Assembly (NCBI RefSeq): GCF_964204645.1
Contig: NC_134025.1
Coordinates: 12,772,001-12,836,000, forward strand
Length of the DNA: 64,000 bases
Reading direction: 5' to 3'
Origin: Tubulanus polymorphus
Lineage: Eukaryota > Animalia > Nemertea
A model generated the notes under the pieces. That model saw nothing but the letters and a program-made list of their open reading frames with translations, was not told the DNA's origin and ran no database searches. The position numbers and the translations under genes were made by a program. Shown piece by piece: positions 61,418 through 64,000 of this stretch; position 1 is the first letter of the stretch, and each line of letters starts with the position of its first letter.

Positions 61418-62890
61418 TTACTTGATATTTTTTGATATCATATTCACTAATCCAAAAATAATAGCACTTACAACTGTAATTAAAAATAAAATAATATGTT
61501 CAGCAGCAAAGTTAATAATGTTTCCTGCAGATTTCAATATAAAACCAACAATTGATGCAATAATTCCTGGTAATGCTGCAGCAGATTTTTTAGATAGTTC
61601 CCATAAATATTTTGCTAATTTCTTTAAACCATCTTTAACTTTATCTTGTATAGAATTATTATCATTCGGGGGTTTATCCGGTTTATTGGGAGTAGGTGTA
61701 GATTTTAAAGCATTTGATATAGCTAAACCAATTGTTGTAAATAACATAGTTACAGCTGTTAGAATTGAAAGAATTGTTATTCCTTCTAATTTAAATAATA
61801 ATTTTATTCTATCTTTTAATGATATTTTAGAATCTGGTTTTATCAACAAATCTTTAAAAATAACTTTTAATCTATCAATATTATAATCATATGATTTTAA
61901 TAATAATTTAATTTCTTCTTTTTGTAATTCTATGTTATATTCTAAATCATCATTTTCTTTTTCTAAACGTAATTCTTTTTGCCTATATTCTATTTCATCA
62001 ATTACTTGATGATCTAAATCAGACTTTAATTGTTCTATTTCTTTATTTTTATCAGTTAATTCTTTTTCTAAAGTTCTAATTTTAAAATCTCTTATACTTT
62101 TATCATGCGCAATTTTATCAGATGCATGTCTTATACTAAAAATTTCTCTTATTGCTTTATCAGAAAATATATCTAAATCTTCTAATTCTTGATCTGTTGC
62201 ATCAAGTAATCCCTTCGGTAAAAGTTTTTCAGTTTGAACTTCGTTTGATTTAGGTTTACTAGTTTTGGAAGTTATATTCTGTTCGGAAGTTGTTTCTGTT
62301 TCTGGATTATCTTTGATTGTTTCAAATAATTTATTAATTCTTTGTTTAAATACTCTTACATTTTTATCAGTTAATTCTTGTGTTACATCTTCTATTTCAT
62401 TACTATTTCTTATTCTCTTAATTCTAGATAGGTCTAACCTAAGCAAAGTTGATTTTGCTAATATTTTGTCTTGAATTTTATAACAGATGTTAATATAATA
62501 ATCATCTTTCAATTTATAATAATATTCACCATCTAAAAACTTTAAATCTTGTACTAAAAGTCTGGCGCCTTTATCATTTATATTATATCCAGATTCTTTA
62601 AATACATGTTGAAAATCATACATAAATTCAATATTTTCTAAATTTTGTCTTACTAAATCTGGATTTTCATTTTCAGTAGGTATTCTCGATTTAGCTCCTC
62701 TAATATATTCATCTGTTGATGGGGCTTTAGAACCACTATCTTCTAAATTAGAATTATATGCTGATTCATCATCATTATCAATATTAGTTTCATAAAGATT
62801 AGCACCTGCATCATTATAATCATCATCAATATATCCTTCATCATTATTTCCCCCGTTTTCCAATGGAAAATCTTCTCCGACTTCTGCCAT
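61418..62890 (-). CDS. 490-aa acidic/coiled-coil/multi-TM protein
   Basis: Intact; homologue of 39149-40600. Confidence 0.85.
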   Translation of the reverse strand: MAEVGEDFPLENGGNNDEGYIDDDYNDAGANLYETNIDNDDESAYNSNLEDSGSKAPSTDEYIRGAKSRIPTENENPDLVRQNLENIEFMYDFQHVFKESGYNINDKGARLLVQDLKFLDGEYYYKLKDDYYINICYKIQDKILAKSTLLRLDLSRIKRIRNSNEIEDVTQELTDKNVRVFKQRINKLFETIKDNPETETTSEQNITSKTSKPKSNEVQTEKLLPKGLLDATDQELEDLDIFSDKAIREIFSIRHASDKIAHDKSIRDFKIRTLEKELTDKNKEIEQLKSDLDHQVIDEIEYRQKELRLEKENDDLEYNIELQKEEIKLLLKSYDYNIDRLKVIFKDLLIKPDSKISLKDRIKLLFKLEGITILSILTAVTMLFTTIGLAISNALKSTPTPNKPDKPPNDNNSIQDKVKDGLKKLAKYLWELSKKSAAALPGIIASIVGFILKSAGNIINFAAEHIILFLITVVSAIIFGLVNMISKNIK

Positions 62891-62906
62891 TTACATAATA
62901 AAAAAA

Positions 62907-64000
62907 TTAAAATTTAAAATATAATATTCCTCCGATTACAATTCCTATACAAGTTATAGCTAATTTAGTATTTTCATGGGATTTATTATCATTATCAGTT
63001 TTAATTATATCATGTTGAATATTATCAGTTTTAATATTTTCTGATGCATTGTCATCTTTTATTTTAGAATCATTATTTAATTTAATATTCTTAGTTTTAG
63101 TTTCTGTTGATTGAATATGTTTTTTAATTTTTTCACCTTCCATCAATTTTGGAGCAGTTATAATCTTTTTATTTATATCATTTACTCCAAATGAATTATT
63201 TATTGTTGCAGTTTTAATTAAATTATTATAACCAATTATATTTCCCATCTTTAATACTAAATCATTAGAAATAATTAATAGATTAGGGCCTATACAATAA
63301 TTTAATCTAATATGTGATTTATCTAAATAATTTTGATATCTTACAATGTTTTCTGGAATCGATCTATTTTTATCATTATGTATGGAATCTTCAAATAAAA
63401 CTTTAAATTGTTTTTGTGTATCGAATGATGTATTCAAATTTCCAATTATTGGGGATCTTGTTTCAACTTGCGCACCTAAAATACATATCAAATAAGTTCT
63501 AATTGATTGATTTATTCTTTGTATTCCGGCTTTAGTAAAACCTTCATTATTTTCTAAAATGAAATAAACCCAACCATTATTGTTTTCTTGTTTTAAATTA
63601 TCATAAAATGTCGGTAATTTATTGAAATTTAATGTTTCTAAATCCTTAGTTTCTATTTTACCATAACCTAATTTATTACTATAGATATTATACAAACTAT
63701 TAGATGGTATGGGAAGTGCACAATATTCTGCAATCTTTTTAGGGCAAGGAAGTGATCTTATTGTTCCAATTTTTGTTCTAAAATCAGAATTATTTATATC
63801 TATATTAAATTCATTACAAATTTTATAAAACTTTGATAAATTAATATTATTATCTAATTCTTTAAAATATCTAGATCCTGGTAAAGCGCACTCTAATTCA
63901 TTTAATATTATTCTTATTTGAAAGTATGTATGAAATCTAAATGAATGTTGAATTAATTTATATTTAGAATTATTCAAATGATCATTCCAACTAATTCCAC
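62907..64000 (-). CDS. Conserved hypothetical TM-anchored protein (5' end outside the window)
   Basis: Homologue of 11328-12470. Confidence 0.8.
   Translation of the reverse strand, partial: GISWNDHLNNSKYKLIQHSFRFHTYFQIRIILNELECALPGSRYFKELDNNINLSKFYKICNEFNIDINNSDFRTKIGTIRSLPCPKKIAEYCALPIPSNSLYNIYSNKLGYGKIETKDLETLNFNKLPTFYDNLKQENNNGWVYFILENNEGFTKAGIQRINQSIRTYLICILGAQVETRSPIIGNLNTSFDTQKQFKVLFEDSIHNDKNRSIPENIVRYQNYLDKSHIRLNYCIGPNLLIISNDLVLKMGNIIGYNNLIKTATINNSFGVNDINKKIITAPKLMEGEKIKKHIQSTETKTKNIKLNNDSKIKDDNASENIKTDNIQHDIIKTDNDNKSHENTKLAITCIGIVIGGILYFKF

Larger units (their letters stand above)
53563..64000. mobile_element. Polinton/Maverick-like element, copy C (same family and gene order as A; runs out of the window)
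   Basis: Begins AGTAATAGGG, the reverse complement of the A right end; collinear and near-identical to A from ~56575 onward. Confidence 0.93.

Overview
Eukaryotic (probably AT-rich invertebrate) DNA made almost entirely of nested mobile elements; I see no host gene. It holds three copies of Polinton/Maverick-like endogenous dsDNA viruses. A (~5472-20821) has lost its left end. B (33413-45600) has both termini and a 6-bp TSD and sits inside a Helentron gene. C (53563 to window end) supplies the left end that A lacks. Together they show protein-primed PolB, rve integrase with chromodomain, A32/FtsK-type packaging ATPase, probable major and minor capsid proteins and several membrane proteins, but no recognisable adenain protease. 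Also present: a decayed Helentron (2A-like peptide, C76-like deubiquitinase, Rep, PIF1 helicase, AP endonuclease), a hAT-like transposase pseudogene, several MITEs, a HINE, a LINE fragment, a Penelope-type hammerhead-like motif and a 31-bp minisatellite. The strongest unexpected signal is that most viral genes start at a T-run/~6-nt spacer/TAAATG motif, the architecture of poxvirus late promoters, suggesting a virophage-like element transcribed by a cytoplasmic helper virus. Other highlights: 270-410 bp terminal fold-backs, a heat-shock/UPR-type motif cluster in copy C, and module swapping between two element families. All protein calls come from motif recognition by eye, not database searches.
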